From Gnetum montanum (Eukaryota; Plantae; Gnetophyta): a stretch of 64,000 bases of DNA. Shown piece by piece: positions 1-13,637 of the stretch. The DNA is taken from NCBI GenBank assembly GCA_015680685.1, contig MNCI01000736.1, positions 62,001-126,000 of the forward strand. Reading direction: 5' to 3'. Each line of letters begins with the position of its first letter. Positions within the stretch are counted from its first letter, which is position 1. The notes beneath the pieces were generated by a model. It had not been told where the DNA came from and made no database searches. It was given only the letters and a program-made list of their open reading frames with translations. Both the position numbers and the translations under genes were made by a program.

Positions 1-1054
1 ACCCACATGATGTAACATACTATGCAAATCTAGGTTTATCAAAAGAATTTCCTTTTTAATATTTAGAATGAGATATAGTAAAAGTTAAATCAAAAGCAAA
101 AATCTATATATGTGGTGAATTTAATGTCAATTAATATTCTGAAGTAGTTAAATAATTAAGTATGAATAGATGTGGAAAATTATAATCAAATTAGAAATAG
201 ATGGAAAAGAACCTAACATATCATATATGAAAGTACAAGTTAGAATGAGAATAAGACATAGATCTTACCATTTTAAATAGGATTCAAAAAGCTCTATCAA
301 GCTCAAGATTTACTTTTAAAAAAAATAAGATTTACTACTAATCATCCCTTAAAATATATTAGGAATCATTGGCTTTCAAGTTACTACTAAATTAAGAGTT
401 TTAATATCATTTTCTATAGTTTTCCATTTAAGGAATGTGTTATAGTAATAATCAATGCTAGAAAATAAGAAGACATATTACAATTGTAGATATTGAAGTT
501 TTTTAGCAAGAGGTATGAAATTTGTTAAGAATAAAAAAATAAAGCTTGATTAAAAGACATTTTACCAGGGATTGCCAAAAAAGTCACTATGTAATAGAAG
601 TTTGTGTAAGAAGAAGTGGTTTAATGAGGATTATCTAGTAGAAAGATTAGCTATTAAAACTTTTTATAATAAAGGAAGGTTTTTGTTATATTTGGAATGT
701 ACTATTATTTTTGGATTTTTTGAAACCATTAAATTTGTGATCTATGAGTAATAATCTCTACAAATATGATAATGTATGGTCAAATTACTACATTTTTTAA
801 ATTGATAATCATAAAATTTTACCATTCCACAATTTTCATTCATATTAAAAAGTAAGTCATATTTCATCAACCTTAAGTAAGTAATTATATATTCTAAAGT
901 ACATATTAGTAGAAACTTTAATATAGTTAATATGGTCCTTTCAAGAAAATATTCATTTTAATTAAAAATAAGGAAAGTACAAGGAGATTTTGTTGTATTT
1001 ATAGATTATTTTGTTCATAGCCATTTCTATTCATATCATATGCATTAGCATTTG

Positions 1055-1962
1055 TGATGAGATGCGATTTGCATGAGCTGCGATATCGCAGTCGTCGCGA
1101 TATTGCATCCCATGCGATATTGTGTAAGCGATATCGCGTCATCCCTTGTGATATCGTGTACGCGATATCGTGGTCCATCGCCATATCTATAAATAAGAGG
1201 TGGCTCTCCCTTATTTCCCCATCCTGAGTTAGAAGTATGAAAACTCTGGCAGTTTGATCACTCCAGAGATAGAATATTTTCCATGTGCTTGCAGTAGGAG
1301 TCCTAAAGTGAATGGATCTTTATTCGAGCAACATTGTACCTAAACACAAGTTGTGTACGAAAATAAAGATAAACTTCTTGGATAAACCTTGCAGTGCATG
1401 TAATAGGATTTTATTTATTGCTTTCTCTCTCACCCTTAAACTCCTAGAATGTGGAATGAGTACGACTTGATTACGAGCATCTAAGGATGTGTACAGATAG
1501 TCAAGGAATTGGCTGCTCATCGCACTTAGGCTAGATTAGCTTTCTCAACACTTTCCTCCTAGTTAAGTGCCTTAGTACGACCAGTTCGAGCATGTGCGTT
1601 ACGCACGGTGTTCCCAGCAATGATTAGCATTTGGTAGCCATGGTTGCATCAATTCAGGGTGTGTGGGAATAGATGCTGACACTAGGTTAATTTAGACTTA
1701 GTCATTAGTTAGAGTTAGTTAGTTTCTCAACCCTTCACCTCGATAGCATAGGAGAAAAACATAAAAAGATATAAAAATCATATACCTCGGACTTGCTTAA
1801 CCATACACCGTGACAACTACAAGTAAGTCTAGGAAGACAACGAATGATTAACCCCAAGTGTTCTATGGGGCGTGTAGGCACTTAGTCTATGGAGTTTGAC
1901 CGGATCGCACATGCTACGCTTGTTTTGTATGGTTGAGTGTAGGGGTACCTCACCACTCATCA
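1055..1962 (+). repeat. 5' LTR of A1
   Basis: Direct repeat of 7846-8736; TG...CA ends with a 7-bp inverted repeat; TATAAATA at 1188-1195. Confidence 0.92.
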
Positions 1963-1963
1963 T

Positions 1964-1981
1964 TGGCACCATTGCCAGGGA
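1964..1981 (+). promoter_or_regulatory. Primer-binding site (Athila type, tRNA-Asp-like)
   Basis: TGGCACCATTGCCAGGGA lies 1 nt after the LTR end; a homologous TGGTGCTATTAACAGGGA occurs at 37050-37067. Confidence 0.8.
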
Positions 1982-2994
1982 CTAAGTATTTGTGTGCTGA
2001 ATAGAACATAAAGGATATCACTCATATCGTTGGGAGCCTAACCGAACCTTTGGGTTAATTAATTAGACAAGAATTTATATAACGGTAATTAGCACACCGA
2101 TAAGACACTATGTCTTCTTCTTCTTCTCATAAGAGCAACTCACCACCTATGGACCATACATGAGACAGTCGGCAGCATAAAACACATAGCTGAAATTAGC
2201 CAAGTCCTAAATAGTATAAAATAGTCTATACTCATCTCGATGAGTATATTCTAGACTTCACTTTTATCCTCCATCAAGACAAACAACCGCGGTGGAGAGA
2301 TCTGCAAGGTAACATCATGTTACCCCTAGATCGATCAGTCTCTAACATGCTCTTCCGTGCTTTGGCACAGATAGGCATGACTAAATTATATGCTAAATAT
2401 GTTGTGGAAGACTTTGATATAAGGGATTATCATCCCAAAGAAGCACACCATATGAGGGACTTAAGGTAGGAGAGTTAACATACACTTCTGAAGGGTAAAG
2501 GTCCACACGTTCTTAGCGAAATAGGAGATGAGGAACCCCTTATAACGGGTTCTCTAGAAAATGATGTCCCCCCTCCTAATGGTGGTGAGGAGGTTGGGTA
2601 TCAGAACCTACGATCAACAATACATAACACTGGTTCTGATCCCCGTGAATGCCAACTATTCATAGAGGGAACAACAACTCATGCTAAGGATGAGCATGTA
2701 GATCATTATAATGATCGAGGTTGAAGCAACCAAAGAGAAGGTAAGAAACATCATCATGGCGATGGTTCCCCTTCCTCTTCCACTTTATCTCATCACTCAC
2801 CCTCTCCTTCCACATCTGGGTGTAGCCACCATGAACATAAAGGTGAGGATAAAGGTAAGAAGGAAGAAAGACCTCGATGAGAAAGTCGAGAGAGAGGACA
2901 AGGGCAAGGACGTAGGGAGAGTAGGGAACCATGAAAACATCACAGGTGTCATGAAGGAGATGATCATGATGAGCCCCTACTTGCAACCCAAAGT

Positions 2995-3425
2995 ATGCTT
3001 GACATAACGGAGGTAGTTAGGATTCCCAAAAGGCATTTAAAAGATAGTCGGATCAAATGTTTAAACATGAACAATATCCCACAATTTGAAGAGGGATACA
3101 ACACAGATCCGAAAAATCATTTACACGCATTCCACGATGCTTGTGCCTTGCAGAATATAGAAAATGAATGGCAAAAACTTAAGTTATTCCCAAGGACACT
3201 CATCAAGGAAGCAGAGAGCTAGTACCAGTCCTTAGAACTAGAAACCATCAGGAGGTGGAGTACAATGCTAGAACTATTCAACGATAAGTATCAAACGTAC
3301 TCTAGAGTGTCCAATTTGCATTAGCAGATCCAAGGCTGGAAGTAAGGTACATATGAACCCTTGGATGCTACCATGGCCTGCTACTACACATTATTACATC
3401 GTTGCCTGGGCCATGGATACGCTTA
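2995..3425 (+). pseudogene. gag: Retrotransposon gag (capsid) relic of A1
   Basis: PQFEEGYNTDPKNHLHAFHDAC...KLKLFPRTLIKEAES*YQSLE...RWSTMLELFNDKY is a typical Ty3/gypsy gag core; premature stops. Confidence 0.8.
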
Positions 3426-4639
3426 GNNNNNNNNNNNNNNNNNNNNNNNNNNNNNNNNNNNNNNNNNNNNNNNNNNNNNNNNNNNNNNNNNNNNNNNNNN
3501 NNNNNNNNNNNNNNNNNNNNNNNNNNNNNNNNNNNNNNNNNNNNNNNNNNNNNNNNNNNNNNNNNNNNNNNNNNNNNNNNNNNNNNNNNNNNNNNNNNNN
3601 NNNNNNNNNNNNNNNNNNNNNNNNNNNNNNNNNNNNNNNNNNNNNNNNNNNNNNNNNNNNNNNNNNNNNNNNNNNNNNNNNNNNNNNNNNNNNNNNNNNN
3701 NNNNNNNNNNNNNNNNNNNNNNNTAGAACAAAGTAGTGACAAAGGTAAGACAAAGTGGAGAGATTTAGGCCCTACACATAACAAGGGTAAGGGGAAAATT
3801 ACTAACTCTGATGAGGTTGTGGAATTAGACACAGATGATGACGGTGGATGTGAGATCTACCACTATGACCATCCTAAGGGATGTTGCCCCATCATCTCAC
3901 ATCTACAGGAGTCTGGGGTGTATGCACTTAATGCAAGACTTAATCAATGGTAAACACCCCATAGGTTACCTTATCCCCAAGGTAACCCAAGGCAGTTCCA
4001 CCAACCATTAACGTATTATCCAAGTGGAACTCCCCCACAACCCATCGGACAACATCAACAGTGGTAATATCCACAATTATGGGGGATGCCATCATCGAAA
4101 CATCAGTACTCTTACCGGCAGCCTAATTCTTATGGATATTATGTGTAGTAGCTGATTTCTCCAAGTGACTCCATGAGTCACACAACTCCCCACCATCACT
4201 ACCAAGTTTAGGAGTACTTCAAAAGGACTCCTTCTCCTCTGGGAGACACTCCATACCCACACCATCCTTCAAATCCATCTGCACCTCTTCCAAAAGTAGT
4301 TCCCTTAACACCTCCTACTCCAACAATGCAAGGGAAACTTCCTCCTCAACTGTAGCAACATCACACTACGAGAGCTATAAATATTCAACCTGTTGCTAGT
4401 TCTGACAACTGTAAAAAGAGAAGACCCTTCTTCAGAACCAAAAGCCTAGACGAACTCTCGTAACAACAAGTGGTTGAGCCCATGTACACTCCTCCACCAT
4501 TTAACACTTTGGAGCACCCTTCAGTTCAACATTAGAGCCTAACGCACATGGTTATGTTGACGCATACTGTAACCAACTAGATCAAGATAGGCCACCTTCC
4601 TAGGAAACTAACTGGTCCTGGAAATCCCTTAATCTACCT

Positions 4640-4960
4640 TCAAGTTGCTAGAAATGAACCACATAAGGCTCTTCTTGACTCAGGTTCCGGAGTCAACTTA
4701 ATTTCACAAGAGATGTATCATGCCTAGAACCTACCCCAACTTAAGAAGAGCAACATTTAGCTAGAGCTGGCTGACCAGTCCATCACCATTCCCTTGGGAT
4801 TGGTGGAGGTCATCATTACCATTGTGTGTGGTTGGTCTTACCCAGCTGATTTCCTGGTGATTGAAGTCAACAACAACAAAGGGGACTTCCCAATTATAAT
4901 GGGAAGGACATGGCTTAGTATAGTACGCGCATGCCTTAGGATCCGCGATCTTTCCTTGGA
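4640..4960 (+). pseudogene. Aspartic protease relic of A1
   Basis: KALLDSGSGVNLI ... LELADQSITIPLGLVE ... YPADFLVIE ... PIIMGRTWL. Confidence 0.85.
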
Positions 4961-7334
4961 AATTTCTAAGATAAACATTTATGGAAAGATTGAGAAGAGG
5001 AAAGTTTCATGCATCACATACAATGATTCATCAGGTGATGACATGGAGGAAATGCCTCCATGTAATAGGTGTGCCCTTGAAACTTTGCAACAAAGATGCC
5101 TGTATGTAGCAACCACACAGCTAGTAGTAGACACCCTATGGTTAACAACTACTCGAAGGAGCAACCAAATATGCATGGAACGAACTAAGGAAACCCATGC
5201 CCATAATGAAAGCATATATACATTGGAATATGAACGTCACCAACTTCCACCCCTTAATCTAAGATCATCAATTGGGAGAAGTTGGACACTTCTTAGAAAT
5301 TTAAACAGGTGCTCATTATTTCGGATCTCTCCCTTTCCACTCAGTCATGGGGGAGATGGCCACCTATGCTAACCATTGGAGGCCCTTAGTTGTTTTTAGT
5401 TTTTTTTACATGTTTTTGTTTTACACCTTTTTATTTTGCATGTTTTTGTTTTACAAGTTTTTTTAACAAATTTTTGTTTTACACATTTTTTTTACACATT
5501 TTTGTTTTATAACGTTTTTGTCTTACACATTTTTGTTTTACACATTTTTTTTTTACAAATTTGTTTAACTTTTCTTATTTTTGTTTTACAACATCATTAT
5601 ACTTTTTCATTTTTTGTGTGTGTGTCATCCACCATGTCAGTTCATCACCCAATAAGTGTTCTTCACGATGGTATGAATTGTTTTCTCATTGATTGCTAAT
5701 GTTTGGTTTTTACCTTAAGGTTATGATGTTGATACTAAGGTATGTTTTTTTGATNNNNNNNNNNNNNNNNNNNNNNNNNNNNNNNNNNNNNNNNNNNNNN
5801 NNNNNNNNNNNNNNNNNNNNNNNNNNNNNNNNNNNNNNNNNNNNNNNNNNNNNNNNNNNNNNNNNNNNNNNNNNNNNNNNNNNNNNNNNNNNNNNNNNNN
5901 NNNNNNNNNNNNNNNNNNNNNNNNNNNNNNNNNNNNNNNNNNNNNNNNNNNNNNNNNNNNNNNNNNNNNNNNNNNNNNNNNNNNNNNNNNNNNNNNNNNN
6001 NNNNNNNNNNNNNNNNNNNNNNNNNNNNNNNNNNNNNNNNNNNNNNNNNNNNNNNNNNNNNNNNNNNNNNNNNNNNNNNNNNNNNNNNNNNNNNNNNNNN
6101 NNNNNNNNNNNNNNNNNNNNNNNNNNNNNNNNNNNNNNNNNNNNNNNNNNNNNNNNNNNNNNNNNNNNNNNNNNNNNNNNNNNNNNNNNNNNNNNNNNNN
6201 NNNNNNNNNNNNNNNNNNNNNNNNNNNNNNNNNNNNNNNNNNNNNNNNNNNNNNNNNNNNNNNNNNNNNNNNNNNNNNNNNNNNNNNNNNNNNNNNNNNN
6301 NNNNNNNNNNNNNNNNNNNNNNNNNNNNNNNNNNNNNNNNNNNNNNNNNNNNNNNNNNNNNNNNNNNNNNNNNNNNNNNNNNNNNNNNNNNNNNNNNNNN
6401 NNNNNNNNNNNNNNNNNNNNNNNNNNNNNNNNNNNNNNNNNNNNNNNNNNGAGTCTGTAGGCTCCGAGAATGTCAATTAGAATAAGAGTTAAAGTCTTAA
6501 CCACAAGAATTTACCAAAAATAAAACAATGTATCTACCAAAATATAAAGTAATAATACAACCGACAATGAGGTGAACAATGGAAAGAAGGGTGGAGAGAA
6601 GAGGATGGAATGGAATCCCAAGAACAAGGTTGTGTACAGCCCCTTGTGTGTTTCATGATTAATGNNNNNNNNNNNNNNNNNNNNNNNNNNNNNNNNNNNN
6701 NNNNNNNNNNNNNNNNNNNNNNNNNNNNNNNNNNNNNNNNNNNNNNNNNNNNNNNNNNNNNNNNNNNNNNNNATGGGGGTACGGGGCCCTATTTTTTCAA
6801 TTTTCTCTTAGCCCCAAATTTTTTCAATTCTTTCCTAACCCCTACACCTTTGGTAGTCATCATTAATACATCCCCAGATCCTCAATTAGCCATACCACAA
6901 CCTAACCAAAGGACCTACACCGAAGCAAGGTATCAATTACATGATGATTCATTTACCCTTGCTAATATAATATTGTGTTATGTGTGCAAATGGTGATCAT
7001 GCAATAATAGAATAGATTTGGAGGGAACACATGGAATGAAGAAGCACTACAACAGCTATGCAAGGAGCAAGATCGATGGTGCACTTACGGATGGACAACG
7101 AAAGGTGAAATCTTGGCGTTGGTAGCAGCAACAATTCTTTCTCTCTCTCTTTCTCAGCTACCAACTAAGGCCTAATGTCAATGTAATAAGGTGTTCACCC
7201 TTATTGTCATGAACACCAGTTTTGTCAAGTCTTCTAATGATGATCTGTTCACATGTCATCCCATTAGTTCCATTCCCCTCAATAATTCCATACCTTCTCG
7301 ATATTAGTCATGGGGGTATGATGAGATGCGATTC

Positions 7335-7845
7335 GCTTGATTAAAAGACATTTTACCAGGGGTTTCCAAAAAAGTCACTATGTAATAGAAGTTTGTGTAA
7401 GAAGAAGTGGTTTAATGAGGATTATCTAGTAGAAAGATTAGCTATTAAAACTTTTTATAATAAAGGGAGGTTTTTGTTATATTTGGAATGTACTATTATT
7501 TTTGGATTTTTTGAAACCATTAAATTTGTGATCTATGAGTAATAATCTCTACAAATATGATAATGTATGGTCAAATTAATACATTTTTTAAATTGATAAT
7601 CATAAAATTTTACCACTCCACAATTTTCATTCATATTAAAAAGTAAGTCATATTTCATCAACCTTAAGTAAGTAATTATATATTCTAAAGTACATATTAG
7701 TAGAAACTTTAATATAGTTAATATGGTCCTTTCAAGAAAATATTCATTTTAATTAAAAATAAGGAAATTACAAGGAGATTTTGTTGTATTTATAGATTAT
7801 TTTGTTCATAGCTAGTTCTATTCATATCATATGCATTAGCATTTG
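7335..7845 (+). repeat. 511-bp duplicate of flank 544-1054 embedded in the start of the 3' LTR
   Basis: Colinear with 544-1054 at a constant offset of 6791, with only a few substitutions; preceded by the PPT and the first ~18 nt of the LTR (7319-7336). Confidence 0.9.
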
Positions 7846-8736
7846 TGATGAGACGCAATTCGCATGAGCCACGATATCACAGCCATCGCGATATGGCGTA
7901 TGTGATATCACGTCATCCCCTGCAATATCACGTACATGATATCGTGGTCCGCCGCCATATCTATAAATAAGAGGCGGCTCTCCCTTATTTCCCCATCCTG
8001 AGTTAGAAGTATGGAAACTCTGGTAGTTTGATCACTCCAGAGATAGAATATTTTCCATGTGCTTGCAGTAGGAGTCCTAAAGTGAACGGATCTTTATTCA
8101 AGAAGCATTGTACCTGAACACAAGTTGTGTATGAAAATAAAGACAAACTTCCTAGATAAACCTTGCAGTGCATGGAATTGGATTTTATTTATTGCTTTNN
8201 NNNNNNNNNNNNNNNNNNNNNNNNNNNNNNNNNNNNNNNNNNNNNNNNNNNNNNNNNNNNNNNNNNNNNNNNNNNNNNNNNNNNNNNNNNNNNNNNNNNN
8301 NNNNNNNNNNNNNNNNNNNNNTCTCAACCCTTTCCTCCTAGTTAACTGCCTCAGTATGACCACTTCGAGCACGTGCATTACACACGGTGATTCCAGCAAT
8401 GATTAGCATTTGGTAGCCATGGTTGCATCGGTTCAGGGTGTGTACGGTAAGTGGGAACGGATGCTGACGATAGGTTAATTCAGACTTAGTCATTAGTTAG
8501 TTTCTCAACCCTTCACCTCGATAGCATAGGAGAAAAACATAAAAAGATATAAAAATCATATACCTCGGACTTGCTTAACCATACACCGTGACAACTACAA
8601 GTCTGGGAAGACAACGAATGATTAACCCCAAGTGTTCCATGGGGCGTGTAGGCACTTATTCTATGAAGTTCGACCAGATCATGCGTGCTATGCTTGTTTT
8701 GTATGGTTGAGTGTAGGGGTACCTCGCCACTCATCA
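7846..8736 (+). repeat. 3' LTR of A1 (contains an N gap)
   Basis: Matches 1055-1962; ends CACTCATCA. Confidence 0.92.
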
Positions 8737-8739
8737 ATT

Positions 8740-11570
8740 TTCTTTCTTCAATTTCTGCAGCATGTCTTTAATTGCTAATTTTTCTTTCTCATTCAGTCTT
8801 ACCTTTCTTTCATCTATTCTTTTGTTTATCCATGATTAAACCATTGAACTAGGTTCCACTATTTTAACCTCATTATCCCTTGGATTATATATTCTTTCAC
8901 AATTCATCCATTTATTTTTTATCTTGATTTTGGTGTGAACCAATCCAGTGCTATGTCTATTATAATATCATCCATTGATTCAATGTTTTTTTACTTTAGC
9001 AATCCATAATGTATTCTGCATTTTCATCCCCTAGTTTAACCAAAAGCATCATTCCATTTGTGATATCATTAAATAGATTGAATGACCTCTTTCATTTCTT
9101 ATTCCTTAACCCAACATATGCAACTTTCTATTCCTTCCCTTGAGTTCCTTTAATGTCTAATCTTGGATTCATAATCTCTCGTTGAATAGTTTTCCATAAA
9201 TGCTCTATAATAGCATCCCTACATAATAACATGTCCTAAAAATCATTGAAATTTTCTAAAATATTTTTATAGTAATTTAATTTTTTGATCCACTCTTGCT
9301 TATCATTTTTCTTAAAACCTTTCATTACCTCACCTGACATCTTAATGTGGGATCTAATGCAATCTGTAATCATTGCTATGTATTACATGTAATCAAATGT
9401 AGTATCCAGGATCCTTGGTTCACCTGTAGGAAGATGTGGATGACCATTAACATTTTCTCATAGCTCAAATGGGTTAGACCATTTTTTCTTGATATTTCTT
9501 TTCCATATCATCATAGGAGTTTTCTTCTTCAGCTAAAATCTAATATAATGAATATGTTATGTTTCACAAAGATTCATCACCTAGCTAGATATGTATCCAT
9601 CAATGAATCCTTTAAAGTCATACACCATATTAATGTAATATGGCATGTAGTTTCTTTCACTATCTTTATCTATATGCTCTAATAGAGAAATTATATTCTT
9701 TTTTCTCATAGCCATTGAAATTCTTCCAAAACTTCCATCGATATTCTCATGCGTATGCCATTTTAGAGGAAACTTAACTCTATAACCTTGAGAATTATTC
9801 TGGTTGTAAGAAATGATAAATAAAGGAAAACATATTTATTCTTGTTTTCTTCCTTGTAGTTATCCATTTGTAGGAAAAGTGTAGCAGGTAATGGCTTAAA
9901 ATTGGAGCTTAAATTAATTTCATTTGAATAATCTAAAGTATTATGTTCTCCATGCACAAATCCTAAATGGATGAGTAGTTCTTTTGTAAGGTAGCAACTT
10001 CTGAAACTATATTGTTTCTTTATCATGTCATGATACATGATAAAATGATCCTCTTCTAAATCTCTCAAGCATTTTAACAAAGATATTATGGTAGATAATG
10101 AACCCATAAATGGATTAAAGTGACCAAAACCTTCATTTCCTTGTCCTTTTACTAGACTTATTGTGAGTGATATTTGAAAATTCTCCTTGTTGAGGACACC
10201 CTTAGGTGAGATTAGTAGCTTTTTTAATGAATTTTTTAACTTACCCATTCTATCATGAATGATGCTAAAATAATCATGAGGTTGCCTTATCACTAGTTTG
10301 CTATGAATATAGTATGTTTTCTTACATAAAGTTACATAATCATAATGATTTTGAATCTCCCTTTAAATTCTATCTTTATTTAATGGATTCTTAGTGCATT
10401 TATTTCTCTTGTCCAACATATGATAAGTTCTACAAATTGAGAAGTCATGCTTTCTACTAAAAGTTACATTTGGAAAGTATTTGTTCAAGATCTTTAATAA
10501 TTAACTTTTGATAATTGATGGTAATCATAGGTCAACTAAACTAGGATTAATGTAATTCTTTAGTAATATACATTGATTCATATTCATAGGCAACATTTTA
10601 ATTAGTTTAAGTGTTCCATCCCTTATAACCTATCAACATTATGAAGGTGAATAGTTTACCATTTCATTAACCATTCTCTTAAGAATCGTGAGTACTACAA
10701 TCTTGCTTGATCTAGGCTTTACTTTTCTAGTGTTACCATGATTAAATACCACATGTCCATCATTGAAATTACATAATTGGTTGTAGAATGTACTAATTAG
10801 AATATCATGAACTATATGCCAAGCCCTCGTACAAATCTTAATTCCAAAATATTTCATTGTCTTTAGTGTACATCTGTCATTCCTAATAAAATGATTTAAT
10901 TCAAACTCATGCATAATGTATGAATTTTTCTCATTGTAGACATCATTTCCCAAGTCCTCCTAATATCATTCACTATAGTTTTCTAAATATAGTTCCTCTT
11001 GCAACATTTTTCATGCATGATGGATATAACATTGTCTGGATGGTAGGAGGATCTAGATCTTGATATTTTTCTTGATCTCTTCTGTTGATATTGTCATCCT
11101 TCTACTCTTATAAGGTCTCTTCTCTATGAATGCATTTTAGATTGGATGCATTGGTCTACTATTTATAGGATCAATTAATTCAATCTCATTTCATATATTT
11201 ACTTTAGTAGAACTAGAACTATTGATCTTTGGAAGTGAAATGAATTGACCATTCAAGATATCATATACATGATCCTCCCTTCATAAAGTCATTGATAGGA
11301 TATCCTTGAAGTATAGATAATAGTCCTTATATTTCACAACAATTGATTTAATATTGACAATAAATAGAATAATCAGTCACTTCATGTGTGTTACATATAA
11401 TCTCAATTCTATTTTGTGTTCTTAAATTTACCATGGAATCAATTATATTAGTTTTGTAAATTGTCCTTATCACAAGGAATCCTTCCATTGAACATTCATG
11501 CTTTATCATAACCTTTCTTTCAAATAAGTCTTCATGCTTCTTTTTCATATGGTTTAATAATTGAACCATA
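8740..11570 (-). pseudogene. Decayed DNA transposase, GHTHEDID-motif family (Sola1-like / DUF7869-like)
   Basis: Minus-strand fragments in the expected order: KICTRAWHIVHDILISTFY...HGN...KPR; YFPNVTFSRKHDFSIC; SIIHDRM..K; LFLQMDNYKEENKNKYVFLYLSFL...ELSFL; then, after a frameshift, HTHENIDGSFGR (~9722-9760). Confidence 0.7.
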
Positions 11571-13637
11571 TATACAGTATATGAATTTATGTCAAGATAA
11601 AAACATAAAGGTATGGGTCATGCATCACAAATATTTAACACTTCCTAATAATTTATAAATATTTAGGAAGACATGATATAATCTAAAAATGATATAATTT
11701 CCAACTACAATTATCTAACATGTTTATTCAGGATTTGCCAGTATTGAACTAATAAAAACAAATAATTTATTACATAGTCTATTCATAATACAACCTATTG
11801 TATCTTATAATAATATAAATTTGTTAGAACAAAGAACCACATGTATATTATACAAATTCATATATGTTTCATGACCAAGAAAAAGATAGTTTTCTGTATA
11901 ATTTTCAGAGGCTACATGCTTGAGCAACCTATTTCCAGGACACTTATAGGAGCTCTCTCACCCAAAAAAATACATTTATAAGGTCAAATATTGATATGTT
12001 GTATCTCTAATGAAGACCATGTTTTTTCATACTAATTTGTATAGAATCAACTAATGATTCATATGATGTGTTTAGTATAATTATGGGAGGCTTCATGACC
12101 TAGGAACATAGACTTATTGGTACCATTCATAGAGGATGCACACCTGAACAACCACTTATTTTAGAGAAATATTCACAAGTTGTAATCAAAACTACAACCA
12201 CTTTACTGAGACAAATTTGGTATAGTTCATGACATATAATTGTATTATTTTTATCTCAATACTAGAAGGCAATATACTATCAACCAAATGTTTTGGTATA
12301 GCACTAAGACATATAACATCCAATCAACCTCATGTTTTTAGTAGCATTATAAGAGGTTGCATGTCTAAGCAACCTCTTCCTTTTGGAAAAGTATTGAGAG
12401 TATGTAACTAAAATGAAGATATTATATTTTAAATTGTATGAAGATACATGTTGATTTTCCATGTAGCCTTCTAGGATTTAAATTGTTGCTTGAATGAGGA
12501 TACATGTTGATTTACATTATTGTATTTTAAAGAAATCCTCATGTATTTTATATTAATATTTTAGATACATTATTTTTAACATGTAGTTAAATCTTATTGA
12601 AATTTGACATGTATAGAAATAAATTTTTTTGAAATATATCAATAATTACAACTATACAGAAATGTTCATTACATTAAAAATATTTTTGGAAATGCATTTT
12701 GAAATAATATTCTTGTTTAACAGAATAGATCGGAATTAATTTAAAAATAAAATTATTATACTTTGAAATAATAAAATAAACAAACTCATATGAGAATTTA
12801 CATGAAAGCATAACAATTAAAACTATATGAAACTATTTATTCTAGTAAAAAGATTTTTGGAAATGCATTTTCAAATAATGTTCAATTTGAAAATAAAATT
12901 ATTATACTTTGCGATAACAAAATAGAATACTCGTGTAAGAATTTACACAAAAATATAAGTAGAACAAAATAGAAGAATGTAAATGAAAATATAAAATTTA
13001 AACATGACAAATAGATGAATGTAGTCACCACCAAATTTTACTTCAAATCATTGCTTCAAATCATGATCCATAGTTGGATGGCTTAATCAAAGAAGTTCCC
13101 ATTGTGGAAAAGTCAATCATTTATATTCTTTATGTTGTCATTGCCTCTTCAATGTGGTATTATGCATACATTATTATTCATTTCTATTATTTACTTTGTA
13201 CTCACCTATGATTTATGTATAAAGCTTGTGTGCATATAATGGTTTAAATGTTTTTTCAAGATACTTATCATTGTTAGGGATTCATGAATCGTATATAGAA
13301 ATAATTTAAATCCAAACCTATATTATAATAATATGAATCTCAAAATTCATTTTCAAAAACATTGCAACACCATTTGATCCTATCCTTGTTTAGAAAACAT
13401 TATGTCAATTAAACATTCTATATCCTTGATCATGGTAATGATCTAGAATAAAATCAAGATCTTAACATATGTAAAGCATAAAATAAGAAATTGTAATTGA
13501 TCTATGGATAAGATCCATTGTATTTTTATGATGAAATGTAAAAATCATGAGCACAAAGACTATAATATATGAAAAATTGTGTCAAAACTTAATAGCATAG
13601 TATGAAGGATTCAAAGAAGATTATAGAAAGCTTCACT

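Larger units (their letters stand above)
1055..8736 (+). mobile_element. Athila-like Ty3/gypsy LTR retrotransposon A1, non-autonomous (gag + protease, no RT/RH/INT)
   Basis: Paired LTRs with TGATGAG...CTCATCA termini (1055-1962; 7846-8736). Near-TSD ATTTG/ATTTT. PBS TGGCACCATTGCCAGGGA resembles the Athila TGGCGCCGTTGCCGGGGA. PPT-like AGTCATGGGGGTA at ~7306-7318. Gag and protease motifs inside. Confidence 0.9.

Noticed and set aside
544-1962. Treating the whole 1.4-kb direct repeat (544-1962 / 7335-8736) as the LTR
   Set aside because: The TG...CA inverted termini, the TSD, the PPT-adjacent start at 7319 and homology to the A2 LTR all place the LTR start at 1055.
3353-8406. Long ORFs in the track that span N runs
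   Set aside because: Artefacts of assembly gaps translated as X.
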